A stretch of 53,973 nucleotides of DNA, filler included, from Basidiobolus ranarum (lineage: Eukaryota), in the NCBI GenBank assembly GCA_040143965.1. It is 3 parts of 3 records of this genome, joined end to end, with 100 filler letters (N's around TTAATTAATTAA, not from the genome) between each part and the next. Parts side by side here need not be neighbours in the genome. Positions count along the whole stretch, not along the records: positions 1 to 17,944 come from JASJQH010000287.1; positions 18,045 to 35,977 come from JASJQH010000288.1; 1 more part is not named here. One strand, 5' to 3'. The stretch's first letter is position 1. The number at the start of each line of letters is the position of its first letter. The position numbers and the translations under genes were made by a program. Below, piece after piece: positions 14,115-25,500 of the stretch. The notes under the pieces are model-generated. The model saw nothing but the letters and a program-made list of their open reading frames with translations, was not told where the DNA came from and made no database searches.

Positions 14115-14359
14115 TTACTATAAGGAGATTTAAACAACTGTGGAGGTGTCACTTCTCACACGAGCCGAAGATCAAGAATTAAACAAGCTAGTTGGAACTA
14201 CGCACCTCTTATAGTAAGAAGCCTAAAGATACTCACTTCTTATAGTAAACCAGTAAGCAACATTAAATTTCGCACCTCTTTTAGTAATCGAAGAGAAACC
14301 AAACTGCTGCCTCTTATAGTATCAACTGTTTCCCACATTCCCTTGCCCTCTTTTAGAGA
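14115..14359 (+). repeat. Motif array 1: one inverted variant site plus five direct copies of CGCACCTCTT(A/T)TAGTAA
   Basis: Direct copies start at 14201, 14232, 14271, 14306 and 14343 (periods 31, 39, 35, 37). Inverted TTACTATAAGGAGATT at 14115-14130. Confidence 0.9.
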
Positions 14360-14851
14360 GAAACATTGTCCGTGAATTCGGAACAAGTACTTGAATTTTA
14401 ACTTTCAAAGCTCTTGAAAGGTTCTTGGAGAGTAAGGACATACTTGTCTCTACGAAGCATTACCTTCCACCCTAGGACCTTTTCATACGAAACCCCTGTA
14501 TAATAGAATTTCTTACTATGGTTTATCAGTACCATATCTCCGCTCAATATATTTCAATATTGCTTCTTTATGAATACACATTCTGAGTGCACACGTCAAA
14601 GGCTATTGTGATGCTACCAAACGCAACTACAATGCCTTGGAAGTAGTACCAAGAGTACCCGGGTACCTAGAAATATTGTATGGCCTATAAGAAGTCTCTT
14701 TAACACTGATTATGCTGATTGTATAAAAAAAGTGCCACCTCCAAATCAAGAAACCTCTTGAATCGATTGAATGCTATTCTTGGCTGTCAAGTATTTTACA
14801 TTATGACTCATCATTGGCTACCTTAGCAGGAAGCACGAATAACCGTAAGCA

Positions 14852-15474
14852 TTACTAAAAGGAGATTTCTATTTGGGCGATATAACCCCAGGCAAAGTTT
14901 AAACAAAGGCAACAGTATGAAGTAGGAAAGTACGCGTGATAACCTTCAAAATTAGAAACGCCTCAATGGAAAGACCAATGGCCGGTATACTTCACCAGAG
15001 CAAAAACAGGAAACAGCTGAGATTCTATTGTGATAGAGAAAGTCTGGATTCTACAGTCATTGGTCATCACTACCGGTTATCAATCGATCTTGGAAGTATA
15101 ATATTTACTAATGATTAATGTAGGCTTATTTACAATGTAGACCTATTTGTCTCGAAGTTTCTGGCAATGCTCAATAATAGTGCTGAATTACGCTATCACC
15201 AAATATTTGAAAAAAAATGGGCTTAGAAGCACTACCTCTCAATCTTGGGAAGTGGTGGTTGTGAAGCATCTGTCAAATCTTGGTTCAAAGTGCTGAAGTT
15301 TCGCAAATCTTGCTCCATCACCTCTTATAGTTTAGCATTTCTTAAGCACGCACCTCTTATAGTAAAGTATCTCTTAAGCGCGCACCTCTTATAGTAAAAG
15401 TATAACGTTAAAGCTCATCGCCCCTCTTTTAGTAAGCAGTGTGATAGAGATTTCATCGCTGCCTCTTATAGTAG
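14852..15474 (+). repeat. Motif array 2: one inverted variant site plus five direct copies of the same motif
   Basis: Direct copies start at 15317, 15349, 15381, 15419 and 15458 (periods 32, 32, 38, 39). Inverted TTACTAAAAGGAGATT at 14852-14867. Confidence 0.9.
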
Positions 15475-15699
15475 TGAGGTGAAGGGACGAGACGAGATGG
15501 TGGTTTTGTGTGTCCTGAAGATTTCATTATGAATCGACAAAAACTTAAAATTTCAATCAGCCGAAAATATCGGCGTTCAATCGGCATGGTATATGGAATT
15601 TGCATTCCATTTTCTGATCTCAAAAAATGGGATTGAAGTTCTGATATCTATACGATTATTTTGGTGAGAGATAAGCCAACAAATAATCCTATTTTGTTT

Positions 15700-17560
15700 C
15701 TATACCTTATCAGTCAAAAAACTTTTGCGACCGGAGCCAGAAAGTATTTAGTTTGGTAATGCACATGTGTTGCAAGGTAATGATTTATATGTGATCACAC
15801 CTTGGATTTATGTCATATTATTGTGCCAAATAGTGCTCTATATCCAATATTGGATCAACTATTCTAAAATATACACTCATAACTGATTCACTCTTTTGGC
15901 ATGCATTTTTCATGATTCCACCCGACACATTGCTTACTCAATGCTCAAATAACAATCTTTTCTGTGAAGAAAGTGACTATTCGTATTCGTGTTTTTAGTA
16001 AGTTAGTTTCGAGCTCCCATTATTTTAACTTCTTTTTGCCGATATTGATTTTTTAGCTTTTTATTATTAGAGATAGTTGTTTATGACATTGAAATATGAC
16101 TGGGCCTATGTCAAAGTACTGAAGTTTGGAATTGCTTGTATGAATACATTGGCAAGTCCCCCCATTTATCACAAAGCTTCCAGAACTCCCTATCCTAAGA
16201 TATGAACTTTGTGACAATATTTTTTGATAGCTTGCTGTTGGTATAAGGTGATATAATGCTAAAGAAATTTATATTGTAAGTTGATGTTGTCCGGACCAGC
16301 ATTTGTTACATTTATGGTAAGAAAGTGTGTTCATGATAATCAAACTGGTAACTTATTCCAAAGAGACCTTCATACAGTCTATTCATTGTTGAAATTAGCT
16401 TTGCCTAAACATCTATATAGTCATATATAGTTTAGTATTTAGTTATCTTATATTTCACTAAGATATTACCCACTATTCTCAAGAGGAATTTACTTAGAAT
16501 ATTGACACCAACTTAGAAGTTCTCAGATATTTAGATTTTTCAAACTTGTAATAGAAGCCCCATGCTTTGCACACACGTTTCTAAGGCCTATATTAACACA
16601 TTCTACACATTTTCTTGCTTACCTCTTGAAAAAACTATAAATGCCAACTTTCTACTTGATAAATCAAAAAGTGAAAAAACTCAATTTCATTGTTCTCCAA
16701 ACCACTTCCAACCGGCTCTCAAAGTACTTTACCATGTTATGAGCCTTGAACTTGCACTCTCTGTAATGTCTGCTTCTCAAATTTGGAATGCATGCAACAA
16801 AGGAGATGAAAACCATAATTTCAAAACAACATAATGCTTGGAAATATATTCCATAACTGATTCTTCTTAGGAACCTATTAGGCATAGCGTTTCTATATGA
16901 GCACTTTCATCATGTAAGGAACTATGATTAGTGCAAAATATCTAGTTATCTAATTCCTTGGATGAAGATTATCATTAGTAAACATTGGTGAAGTATATCA
17001 CCTTTATCTTAATAGTTATCCCTATCTTCATAATCTCAACTATTTCCTTAAAGTTAACAATATTTAGTCGAATATTGCTTGACTGTAAATCGGGATATAT
17101 ACTTAGTACATATGCGAATTATCCAAGAATTAGCAATGTTGAGCTTGCCTAAATTAACTCCAAGATGGCTTATTGAACTTTCACAGATGTTCTGACAATA
17201 ATACCATGGTTTGTTTTTGGTATTTCTGACCAGAAGTGTAAATACTTTGTATCCCTTTTATTAAATATACACGTTTCTCATAAATTCCTTCTAAACATCT
17301 CAAATCCTTCCAACAAACATCACCAAAAGTATATTAGATATATTGTGACCATTTCAAAAAATCATTAATTGATAAATTAAAACTGGTGTGCATATTTTAC
17401 TCTGATGTGGGAATAACATTTCTGATGTATCCAAGTATGGAACTTGGTTGAGCATAGCATACCTGTAATATATCAAGTCTTGGTGATTTGTGACTTCTTG
17501 ATTTTCCTGTAAATTGCCGTGTGGAATCGAGCCTATATCTATTCAAATAGTGATTCTCCT
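15700..17560 (-). mobile_element. Heavily decayed, probably nested non-LTR (LINE) retrotransposon relics
   Basis: Stop-riddled minus-strand remnants lie in RT order: GSIPH, GYIRNVIPTS..FNLSINDFLKW (cf. GxRQGxPLSPxLFNL), TFGD, SHLGV. 16387-16737 is homologous to the LINE relic at the window end. Boundaries are approximate. Confidence 0.55.
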
Positions 17561-17719
17561 GTATCTTATAAAATAACTTCTAGTTAATTGTTCAATATCC
17601 AACTCTATTCATATTACTAATAATAATAAATTGATTTTTGTTATATTCATGATGTATTTATTATACTCGTCTGTTAATTAAGGTGATGACTGAGATACAA
17701 GTCTCGATGCTAGTTTCAA

Positions 17720-17887
17720 TTAATCCCTAGGTATCTCTTTGATGATTTTGGCTGGTACTCCTCCCACCAATACATATGGTGGAACATCTTTAGTAACTAC
17801 GCTCCCGGCAGCAATGGTAACCCCATCACCAACAGTGACTCCAGGACAGATAATGGCTCCTCCACCAACCCATACGTCATTCCCAAT
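17720..17887 (-). CDS. Maltose/galactoside O-acetyltransferase (hexapeptide-repeat family), last exon; rest lost in the gap
   Basis: After an AG acceptor the frame reads [55 protein letters not shown]. Confidence 0.9.
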   Translation of the reverse strand: MGNDVWVGGGAIICPGVTVGDGVTIAAGSVVTKDVPPYVLVGGVPAKIIKEIPRD

Positions 17888-17944
17888 CTACATCGACGAA
17901 ATATGTTTAGTAAGCGCTAAGTGGTTGGAAAGATTGTTTAGTCT

Positions 17945-18043
17945 NNNNNNNNNNNNNNNNNNNNNNNNNNNNNNNNNNNNNNNNNNNNTTAATTAATTAA
18001 NNNNNNNNNNNNNNNNNNNNNNNNNNNNNNNNNNNNNNNNNNN
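17945..18043. other. Assembly gap with artificial six-frame stop linker
   Basis: N run with TTAATTAATTAA at 17989-18000. Confidence 0.98.
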
Positions 18044-18155
18044 NGTGAATCTAGAAAAGGTACAATCTTAGGTTTATTCTTTACATTAGTTTTAGCTGTT
18101 ATATTCACTGCTCTTCAAGGATTCGAGTATTATAATGCACCATTTACTTTTAGTG
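18044..18155 (+). pseudogene. cox3: Mitochondrial cox3 fragment (NUMT or contig-end chimera)
   Basis: Reads ESRKGTILGLFFTLVLAVIFTALQGFEYYNAPFTFS with A/T-ending codons. It stops abruptly where cox3 continues with DG. Confidence 0.88.
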
Positions 18156-18726
18156 CAATTCACCCGTAGCTCTTACTGAAAAGAACTGCCCCACTTATTG
18201 TATCAAGTAATACTACAGTATACATGTGGGTGAACAAGCCGAAAGCTCAATTTGTAACAAATTCATGTCTAAGCTTTCTCAGTAGCTTCTAATTCAAAGC
18301 CATCATTCTAAAATGCAAGAGTCTACAAATACTGCCTTTATCAGAATAGTATGTTGAGGTGGAACTGAAAGCCTCACATTGCGTTCCAACTATCGTCTTT
18401 GTGTGTTAAAAAGGTATTCACTGAGAGGATTCGAGTGATTATTTTATAAAGTATCTCGCTTTCGACATTCTATTTGGTAGCTTGAATGAACAGCTCTTGG
18501 TGATGGTGATGTACACTTGAATCAGTTTGGTTTATTCTATATTTCCCACATGATTGGGGATATCTGCTAGAGATAGTACTCAAGGTATACAAAATATATT
18601 TCATAACATATAAAATTGGCCAAGTTGTGCCAGATTACACAGGGCGTTTTCATAGAAAGTCTTCAATAAAAACAGGCATCAATTTGTATTCATAATTTTC
18701 AACTAAAGAAACCTCAACAAAGATGA

Positions 18727-19705
18727 CTACAAGTATGGGCTCCCAAAACCACCGATGGGATCCTCAGCCTCGATTTGATCGTCAGGTATACCTGTGCGAA
18801 AGCCTCGATGGGAAGGTGGTGATGAGAGATTACTTAATACTGGATTCCGGGGCTCCGCATCTAGGAAATCATCAGTCACCACAGTCTCATCAGAATCGGA
18901 ATCATCGTTTATATAAGGGACTTTTCTAAATTTAAGTCATTTGTTTCTCTAGAATCTTGGTTACAAAAACGTACCTTTAGTCATTATTACTTCCTTCTCT
19001 ATGTCGCCCGCTACTATATCAACAGCTATGTTACCCTCCGAATGTGCAGACTCGGCTTTAGAGGAGTGGAAATTAATCTCAATTTCTTTAATCTTTGGGT
19101 GTCCGTTTTCTAATAAGTGTTTCAGCAATGAGTTAATAATCGATTACTAAAGACATTAGTTTCATATATACAATGTACAAACTGCTACCTGAGTTAACCC
19201 CTTTTTTGAGGATAATCTCTACAGAATCTATGTTATTCAGGGCTTGACTTGTTCCACTGGTCACCTCTGACCCTGATCCTATATCAGTGTGCTGTATGTC
19301 GTCCCTGATGGCTTGAGAATCCTTGCTTGTCTGTATTTCACCATTCGATGATCTAACACTCGTGGCGTCATTCACGATTCGCTTTTGAGATACTTCTGCG
19401 TGTAATCGATCATCTTTATTAGCTTGATAATCGGATCTCCAAGTATCCTTTGAATACTTCTGATGGAATCGATGCTTACTTTTGCCAATCGCATTGAGTG
19501 ATGACAAGTTGGGATAGCTCTTAGAGTTGCATTTACTATTCATGCCTGAATTAGGAGAGTATTCGAGCGATCTATCCGCCTTGTTTGTTGGAATGATTTC
19601 GTCTGTTTGAATTTGCTTATTGTCAAAGTTTCGAGCAATTATACCGGCTTGAATTGTGGCTAAGCTAGACCCGATATAAAACAAACCAAGCGCCGATAGC
19701 CTCAT
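18727..19705 (-). CDS. Putative secreted low-complexity hypothetical protein (exon structure of the 3' part uncertain)
   Basis: Signal-peptide-like MRLSALGLFYIGSSLATIQA and a 190-aa ORF, with further spliceable open segments near 18975-19109 and 18727-18925. The phase of the last junction is unresolved. Confidence 0.55.
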
Positions 19706-21250
19706 GGTTAGGAAGACGTAAAGTTACCTCTTTTTGAAGTATACCAGGAATTAAGTGACGCTCACAAGTGTATTATCAAAGTCGATAAAATTTCAAGAAA
19801 TGGGTATCTCAAGAGATCGAAGGAATGGTAACGTACACAATAAAGAAACCAAAGATCACGCAAAAGGATACTTATATATAAATTCGGACTTCTGACTTTG
19901 TTTATAGTAAATGAGGACTCCCTATTCCTTGTGAGAGGATGAAACTCTCCACTCGAATACTATGGATATTCCAAACCAACTGGGTGATTCCGAGAATTAT
20001 TATCAGGAATTAACTTATGGATTGCATATCCTAGATGCTCTGTTAATCGGAAAGAAGGTGCGGGGTAGCGAGGTTGATGCACAAAACTCGAGGTGACTAA
20101 CGAGATGCTTTGATTAAATAACCTCGATTGCTCGTGCAAGTACCGTTCAATCACTGAATTTTCTGCTGGACCATATGGGGAGGGAGAACCAGCTCCAAGA
20201 TAATTGCTGGCGCTGATCTTTCGGCACTGAGAACGGCAAAGCAGATATCAAGTGACGGGTTTCTGCTTGATTCATTTAACTGGAAAATAGTCCCATTCAG
20301 AGGTCTTCATTTCGAGGAACTAAATAGAGCTGTAGCAGACTTCTTTATCAGAGAGTATATTCTATCATAGTCTCAATAATTCTCTACAACCGCATCACTG
20401 ATAAACACTGTCCAAATGAGGTACAGAAAACGAATGCTCTGTTGATGTCTAATAATCTTGTATGATCATCTACAATAACTTCATCAAAGTTGAAACCCTT
20501 TCAAACAGACTTTTTGGCTAGGATGCATAGTTGTGCATTCGAAATTTTCTAATAATGAACGTGCAGAATTTGCCCAGTCTGGGAAATCGATGAGAGAGCC
20601 CGACTAATCAAATGAGAGACTGAGACAGGAAATGCGAGGTTAATAAGCACAAAATATAAATTTCTTCGCAATTAGGATTGTTTATTTTCAACGATGGCAG
20701 TAGCAGATAATATTTGTCCGAAACAAACAGCTATGAATGTCACCATATATTGTACTTGCCCTGTTGAGAAGGGACTCTGTCGTACGGCAGATCAGAGGCG
20801 TTCTCACACTAAATCCTATTTGAGGAGTCTCCCTTGAATTGCTAGATACACGTGTTTGGAAAGAATATTCATTTGTCACAGGTTTCACAAACGAAGCATA
20901 GTATAGCTACAGATCATTACCCGACAAACCGAAGTGATTTGAAAGAAGAATCCTATCAACCTATATGGTATCGCCTGAGCGTCCATATGGTCCTCAGTTT
21001 TGTCGGTTCTGGACAAATTAAATGATGGTTTCAAGCACATGAATTCGATCTAGATTTTTTCTTCATCTTGGTGCAACCTTCCCGATGATTGATCGTAATA
21101 TATTCTGGCTGATCTCTGTAGTTGGAACAGAAGTAACTTTCTCATTTCCTCTACCTCTTGTTCCCACCTTATAGTTATAACCATAATCCATATTTGCTTT
21201 TCTTTTAATCCTCCTACATATCATATTAAAGTGCGACTCTTTTGCCAACA

Positions 21251-22209
21251 ATGAATACCGCATTAGATATAGAGAGGGAAGCCTTTGATTACAATTTTAA
21301 CACCATGGTGTCTTCATTTGCGCTTCCTATAGCTGTGGTAATTGTTTACCGCTCTGCTGCGATTGCTTTGAAAGAGCGTAGCATAATCTTTAAACTGAAC
21401 TTTATCCAAACATCACTGCTACTTATTAATACCGTTGTTCAAATGATCAATGTATTCTACCACACACCAAATTGCCGTTTTCCGTATTTCTTGTATTCCG
21501 TATTGAGTTATCTGAGTCTTCTTTGTGTAGATGTGATTCTTTATCTGAAGGCGTATTACATCAACAAATCCTCAAAAATGATTGCCGTCGTCTGTATCCT
21601 GTTGCAAATTGCTCGTTTATTCTTTGTCATCCAGAGCAATAGATTTTTAGAGTTCATGCCAGGCCAGCTGGACTCATGTCGAGTTTCTACGAACAAGTGG
21701 GTCCTGGGAGTTATCGGTACTGAGGCCTTGGTGATCCTCTTTCTATGCAGCTTGTATCTAGTCAGAGTGTACAAGCAAAGCAAATTAACTCCAAACGCTA
21801 TCCTTACTACTGTTATTCGACAAGGATTTATATTCCCATTAGCCGTATGCTTCACCTTTATTATCCTCGCCTCTCTTCTATTGGCCGATGTGGCACATGG
21901 AAATACCCATCAACTTCTTACCATTTGCTGTAAGTAATTACGCATGTCTACAAGATATCAAATTATCATGCTCACAATCAATTTGCATTTACAGGGGTCC
22001 TTAACTCTTGGTTGGTAACGAAACAAATGGATTTTGCTCACGCGGTTCATCAGCAAGATCGTGCTTCTGCTGTTAATTTAGTCAATAACAAAATTGCCCT
22101 CACTCAGTCCGGCAATCATCATGATATCCTCTCCTTAGCTAGCGAGGACCATTCTAGCTCATGGGATATCTATTTAGGAATGCCCAAGGCACAACAACCA
22201 ACACTATAA
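21251..22209 (+). CDS. Seven-transmembrane, GPCR-like membrane protein, 2 exons
   Basis: About seven hydrophobic segments, with Cys at the start of TM3 (TPNCRF) and in the second outer loop (LDSCRV). Intron 21930-21994 gives LLTICWVLNSWLV. Confidence 0.7.
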
Positions 22210-22521
22210 TATGTTGGCGTGGGAGATAGACGATCATATCAACACTATTAGAAGAAACGTTAAGCTTTCATATTATTGTAAAATCACTTACAAGAAAAGT
22301 CAATTAATCAGTAACACATTCTCCACACATACCTTGATTACTTGTATTTATTTTAATTCCTTGATTTGGAGAACTCTTTACATTAAATATTTTTTGTAAT
22401 ATTACTTTGAGTCGAGATGAAATTGGGTATTTCAAAATTAGGTTTTCATTACCAGAATGAACAAGGTTTGGAGTTCAAAATATCCATGTATGACCCATAT
22501 CAAGTAATATATATATATGTG

Positions 22522-25500
22522 CTAATGGCTTAGCTTACGAAGTAGAAGGTCTCGCTCATCTGTAGAAAGGTTCCCGAACGTTTTGATAAATCCTGTAAGC
22601 AACGCTGAACGATCAGTGTTGGACAAATCAGCAATATGATTGGTAATAAAGGTCTCTCTTAAATTCTGGACGTTTTTCTCTATACAACCAGCAGAGTGTA
22701 TTAACCAATGCGCCACTTGTTCATCAAAATTCTCCCACTGCTCATCAGTACTTTTTGTTCCTTCACAAAACCATTCCTTGAGATGCATCACTGCTTTCTC
22801 ACGTGATAGTGAACTATCAACTGTTGTGATTTGTTTTAACCAACGCTCTTCTTGTATGCGCCTGAGTATACGCCAGTGAAAGAATCTCCGAGCGTCTTTC
22901 CATTGTAAGACATCGCGAATGACACCTTTGGCTTTCATGCGTCCTGGTGTATCGTGTAAATCAGCGAAATTCGCAGCGATTTGCAAATAAACTGGGAGCA
23001 GTTCCTTCTCTCGCTGTTCTAATTGAGCAACAATTTCCGCTTTTTGTTCGACTTTAATATCAGGATCCGCTATTTTTTGCTTTAGACCCCGGTAAGTATC
23101 ATCCAGTCTTTCCATGGTATCAAGGAGATGTGCCTTGCGAAATTTAATTTCCACTATTCCTTCAGGCTCCAAGATCCCTGCTCTAGACTCGCTATCTGCA
23201 TACATCTCCATCATGTTTGAATTGATGGTAGGATCTAAAACAACCCAAGCACCGCCACGTAATTCTCCATTAGGTACTATATAAACGAACACAGGCTGCT
23301 TATAGTTTGATAGAGCGTCTACAATATATGAACCATACTTGAGAATTTCGTTATACATATCACGTTGACCACCCGAAAATCCTCGCCAATTAGCAAAGAT
23401 CATTAATGGTAACTCTTCACCGTTATTGAAATCATTGATAGCTTGTGCAGTCTTGAATGCTGAGTTGGGGTACCAAACATTACCAGCCTCTACCAAGATT
23501 TGTTCCTCTGAATTCACGTTTGCAGGGTCGGCAGGTACTATATGTTCTATGGTACGTGTTTCAACTGCAATCACTCCAATGGGAATCCCACCAAGACGTG
23601 CACGTCCAGTGACAACTGTACGAGCCCAACCGTCCAAAGTTTCAATGAAAGAATCCTTATCAAAGAAGCCGCTTATCCATTTTTCGTTGTCATATTTTCC
23701 TTCAATAAAATATCTAGGATCTGATGGACCTTTAGGAGGAGTATAGGCTATTTCACGATTAATAGGATCAGAGTTGGAAGTGATGCAGAGCATGTCGCCT
23801 CGACGAGCAGGAACGAACGATAACCATTGAAGAATCTTTGAAATCCCATCCAAATCATTAGAGGCAATCTGATGAGAGACACCATTCTTATGCATAACCT
23901 GTGTACCACCTAATTGAAGATTTGAAGAATACACTTCACGACCAAGTACAGAATTTAAAGCAGGCGCACCAGTAAGTATGATGGGCTGACCTTCGTTCTG
24001 TATAGTTCTTTGACCTAGACGAACCAAATAGGCCCCAATACCCACAGATCTACAGCTGACTAAAGTAATGGTGAAGATGTCTTGATAAGCGCGGGAGGTT
24101 TCGCCAGCAATTAAACCAGAGCCACGGAGATTTTCAACACCAATACCATCTTCCACACCAATAATATCGGTGATCTTGAATCTAACTTCATCGTCATCAT
24201 AGATTTCTTGAGCTATAACCACAGGCTCGGTGGCACAGTTGATTTCTTGGTACTCCTCAGGTGTAAGATACAAGTATTTGGCACTTAAACTGTTCTCATC
24301 ATTGGACCAGGCGACACGAAACAAGGATTTAACCGATTCAGCAAGACCTATGCGTGCACCAGAATTAGCAGCTATGTAGATTCGTGGAATCCCAAGTTGA
24401 CGAGCCAGTTGTGACGCTTTGTGGAAGAATTGATCTTCAGTAATGCCAAAAGAACCGCTCATAAAAGTGATATCATTAGCAATAACTATAATATCTCTCC
24501 CGTTCGGATATTCAGGGGTAAACATTTCAAATATCCAAGCAACCATACCACAGCTGTTTACACCAGGAGATCTGTTCAATTCATGAAGTTTACCATGGTC
24601 ATCCACAACTAATTCCCTTGCATTCAACATGTCCTTTGGGGCCTTAATCGTGGAATTCTTGGCAGTAGCCTCGTTCCAAATCTGTCGGATGGATTGTGTG
24701 AATAATTCTGGGAAATCGTACACGTATGTGGTACCCATCACATGCGCTTTGTAACGACGAGGTTGTAGCCATTCTTTGGTTTGATATTTGGATGAAACTG
24801 GTAGTAGGTGCATAGATCCTGGAGATCCGAGAGATTTATAGATCCATTCACCGGATGTGCTCTTTTCTTCAGTATATGTTTCCATCTTTAACACAAATCC
24901 AGCGACATTGGTGATAGTGAATCTTACGGGTATGGGGACATCTGATTTGTTTGTCTGAACATTGAATTTAATCTCACCACTAGTAACACGTTGTCTCCAT
25001 AGTTGCTTTCCGTGTCGGTCTATAAAACCAGTAAGAGCATCCTGGACTTGTTCAGGTTCGAGGACAAAAGTGGGAATGAAATTAATGAAAATATGATTGC
25101 AATCCGAATTCTGATGCGTAGAGTTCACAATCTCAAGAGCATTTAAGATATCTGTCAGTAAACGATCGCTTTCGGAAACCAGATATTCAGCTGTCTGGAT
25201 ATGAGAACGAAGCCTTCCGGGTCGAACAAGGACACGTACGAAGAACCGACAATCAGACACATTTTCTTTGGCAACTGCGTAATAAATATGCAAATAGCGA
25301 CTTTCACTGAAGCATGGAGTAACATCAAAGTTGGATAGTCTATTTAGCTCTAGTTGATAAGCTAAAGCTGGATCAATGTGACGAATGGTTTTATCTTCTT
25401 CGAAATTATTGTTCTCTCTAAAATTGAAGAAAGCTGGAGTTTGACCTTGACGGCATAGTAAAAATGTAACTCGGCGTATTCCTCGGTGACGCAGCTCTTC

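Noticed and set aside
14936-15118. 60-aa ORF between the arrays containing SIDLG (RuvC-like)
   Set aside because: No other TnpB/Fanzor or transposase motifs, and the surrounding frames are full of stops.
14201-15474. Calling the motif arrays a CRISPR locus
   Set aside because: Eukaryotic context, no cas genes, repeats only 17 bp and degenerate, spacers short (14-22 nt) and variable, and two spacers are duplicates of each other.
17739-17996. Plus-strand Thr/Pro-rich ORF
   Set aside because: Antisense to the acetyltransferase exon, and it runs into the N gap and linker.
17989-18000. TTAATTAATTAA palindrome (also at 36022-36033) as a biological site
   Set aside because: Identical insert centred in both N runs; an artificial contig linker.
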